Source of the DNA: Candidatus Poseidoniaceae archaeon
GTDB lineage: Archaea > Thermoplasmatota > Poseidoniia > Poseidoniales > Poseidoniaceae
Assembly (NCBI GenBank): GCA_964228815.1
Contig: CAXRAL010000015.1
Location: 1-63,148, forward strand
Length of the DNA: 63,148 bases
Reading direction: 5' to 3'
The translations under genes were made by a program, and so were the position numbers. This document shows, piece after piece, positions 62,101 through 63,148 of the stretch. The notes under the pieces were generated by a model. That model was not told the DNA's origin. It did not search any database and worked only from the letters and a program-made list of their open reading frames with translations. The stretch's first letter is position 1. Each line of letters begins with the position of its first letter.

Positions 62101-63148
62101 GCCATCAACGCTGAGCGAGAAGGCACCGTTGACCTCGCCTTCTCGTTGGCCGTAGACATAGATGTTCCAAGCGTGGTTCATGAGGTCGGGAGGAATGCTG
62201 AACGAGGTTTCGAGTGTGGCTACACCAACCCCTGCTCCCGAATATGTGGTGCAGTTGTCAATGATGGTCCGTCGTAGGGCCGTGATGTCGTGGTTTTCGA
62301 GGGCCACGTCCCAGACCATCACCTCGTCGATCATGCCCTCAAAATAGGCGCTGCCGGCGCGATTAACGCCCAGTTTGTAGAGGTCCACGTTGGTGAACGA
62401 ACCGCTGGGGTAGGTGTCTTCCCTGACCAACACGCCGTCCATGTACTGGCGAAGGTCGCCGTTGTCAAACACGGAGACCAGGTGTGTCCAGCGCTGAGCC
62501 ACCACGTCGCCGAAGGTTTTGGTTTGGTTGTTGTGAAGACGCCACTGTTGACTTGAGATCATGTGTTGGAAGGAGGCATTGGCGCCGGCTTGGTCACTCA
62601 CAGCAAAAGTGGAGGCATAACTGGACGGCGAGGTGGTGTTGGCCCACACCCACTGGCTGACAGAAAGGTTCCCATCGAAATCATCCACGTTCACACTCGC
62701 CACGTCGTCCGTGCCGTCAAACCACAGGCACCCTCCGTCGGGGCATGCTCGCCAGTTGCTGTTGTCCATGCCGCTGAGTGAAAGGTTGGCTTGGTCGGTG
62801 CCGTTGTCCAATGCCGTTGTCCCGCTTCCATCTTCAAACGACCAACGATGGACGAGGTTGGACGCCTTCGGCGCCATGTCGGTCGCGACGTAGAAGGCGG
62901 TTGATGGGACAGCGGCTTTCGGCGTGTTCGGCCCCTGCCAGGAAAAGATCAACCCGTGAGGTCCCCCACCCTGGAAGAATTCGATGCGGAACTCATGGAG
63001 CCCTTCGGTGAGGTTGACGAAACCGGACCGCTCACGCATGCCGTGCATGCCGTAGTTGGTGGCCAGGGACTGACCGTTGATCCACACTTCCGAACCGTCG
63101 TCTGAGTTGATGAAGAAGCTCCAGTTTCCTGTGTATGGTACGTCGATG
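59119..63148 (-). CDS. Giant surface protein (5' end outside window): PA14, LamG/ConA-like lectin, GDP-motif domain, CARDB/Ig-like repeats, C-terminal TM anchor and Trp-rich acidic cytoplasmic tail
   Basis: The frame stays open to the window edge (IDVPYTGNWSFFINSDDGSEVWINGQSL...GLHEFRIEFFQGGGPHG is PA14). LamG block WFDGTDDVASV...RWTHLVSVFDNGDLRQYMDGVLV...IDEVMVWDVAL. WMGVVVGDPKMAPY. CARDB-like NLVAVRSTGFVNLGEPTTIEVMVENLG. TM MVFLGLGGLAAAAVALTTVL. Confidence 0.8.
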   Translation of the reverse strand, partial: IDVPYTGNWSFFINSDDGSEVWINGQSLATNYGMHGMRERSGFVNLTEGLHEFRIEFFQGGGPHGLIFSWQGPNTPKAAVPSTAFYVATDMAPKASNLVHRWSFEDGSGTTALDNGTDQANLSLSGMDNSNWRACPDGGCLWFDGTDDVASVNVDDFDGNLSVSQWVWANTTSPSSYASTFAVSDQAGANASFQHMISSQQWRLHNNQTKTFGDVVAQRWTHLVSVFDNGDLRQYMDGVLVREDTYPSGSFTNVDLYKLGVNRAGSAYFEGMIDEVMVWDVALENHDITALRRTIIDNCTTYSGAGVGVATLETSFSIPPDLMNHAWNIYVYGQREGEVNGAFSLSVDGADSTGTLLSTNTSNAKTFTTSWASQTMRMRPAAEATDLNIKVLLDIESTSTVGSLYIDSVILRAIRPHMDWVNGSIADTAVSTGGRSFNWGTAYGQSLIADLLEDGVSGAKGYVYEPYLTAVGLPSTFMPTYASGYNLAESHAAANLYTGWMGVVVGDPKMAPYVSTLHDVNLVAVRSTGFVNLGEPTTIEVMVENLGMAASNGTLEVRGVLGNILLNQTPLTLPAGDEHGSRTTVNVTVVPTTSGYLDLRVRYVNGTPERHFGNNLQSLSVIVNAPPVIEDVYCSASSLSRGGYTICSVETSDDIGVVNATLAWQIVSQNGTLNETTWNVLHLGPVSETKWEGSLVIPADAALGGVVLRATVGDEQQLSATMTVNNVTQVVDAPPTWYGPHASGVDPPSWNNASFLPNKPAVGLPRHEATTLTACVMDADYDLHAPAPVFMTNRGTLGNTSYVPQSAAHLYCYTTTFALDLSSALDDVELEVRTDAGSLLLQRTLRVADQAPVLTVHVESTNGTALDRVVGDGKEQIRIEVADVDDPNTSFVGDLTLQWPGGEPIQLPLDIGQGEREAVMPLGQLMVPLEGGELQLTASGRGMHGATASMSLSVPFLLTPPSVVLFEACDDQGRVANMTFGQVATLIVVVESDRPIQSASAQLAQTGWAINAPLIEAPTWGAAPEACRLLVQDDDLQVFYFRLKLDNSLVDGEGKAVFSVSDLDGLIKSESLDLFFQHAPTVIEEVVFSAAKPGSDLYTNYTVSDLDGLEQVACAYNLYGEAGNLLTQAVVTGGPEGVFTNVLRFQYPIPLSLANTTLTANLTCLDELQQVFASSASVLIGPADTCVGCDSVDDATPKPTTQGSESLNMVFLGLGGLAAAAVALTTVLRRRTTDGVDKAWGNDVFDPLVNTEDLFEREAVLDLFEEENNESTENNGDLSSGPNGELSTEDTVPSIVPEGWTLEAYTAWLDGPTPDGWTDEQWTTYVEESIATLAEASSSSEG

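Noticed and set aside
1-63148. CRISPR arrays, rRNA genes, transposases or IS elements, toxin-antitoxin pairs and classical defence islands
   Set aside because: I looked for short regularly spaced direct repeats, long non-coding stretches and transposase or nuclease signatures and found none. Non-coding gaps are all under 240 bp.

Overview
GC-rich, densely coding chromosomal segment of an archaeon, with about 57 CDS and one tRNA. Many neighbouring genes overlap by 1-4 nt, which suggests translational coupling. Archaeal hallmarks: DNA polymerase D large subunit (DP2), primase PriL, the S13-S4-S11-RpoD block, Sec61beta, chromatin protein MC1, pantoate kinase, DUF373, an MptE-like kinase and a XerA-type recombinase. 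Bacterial-flavoured traits: a five-gene aa3-type heme-copper oxidase/Sco1 operon, a LeuRS with a bacterial-type core, a PlsC-like acyltransferase, a DAGK-like lipid kinase, fused RibD and a BolA/CGFS-glutaredoxin pair. Several giant, very acidic Ca-binding-repeat surface proteins are also present. Together these fit an aerobic, particle-attaching marine euryarchaeon of the Marine Group II/III type, but this placement is inference only. I saw no rRNA, no CRISPR array and no convincing mobile element. Best leads, in order: (1) an operon encoding a propeller/Asp-repeat adhesin and a membrane-tethered double winged-helix protein with a four-repeat Cys-paired ectodomain, divergent from a wHTH-STAND ATPase, which may be a transmembrane one-component regulatory module; (2) a colinear archaeal homologue of the eukaryotic CDIN1/C15orf41 'TPD' PD-(D/E)XK nuclease; (3) a remodelled oxidase operon, with an extracytoplasmic CxCH domain on CoxI, an insertion in CoxII, a His/Asp-rich extension on CoxIII, and Sco1 fused to a tandem Trp-rich domain; (4) ester-lipid-type genes in an archaeal context; (5) a glycosyltransferase whose conserved N-terminus has no canonical start codon; (6) an HhH plus Ala/Lys-repeat H1-like protein near MC1 and XerA. 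All family assignments come from motif reading by eye and need HMM or structure confirmation.
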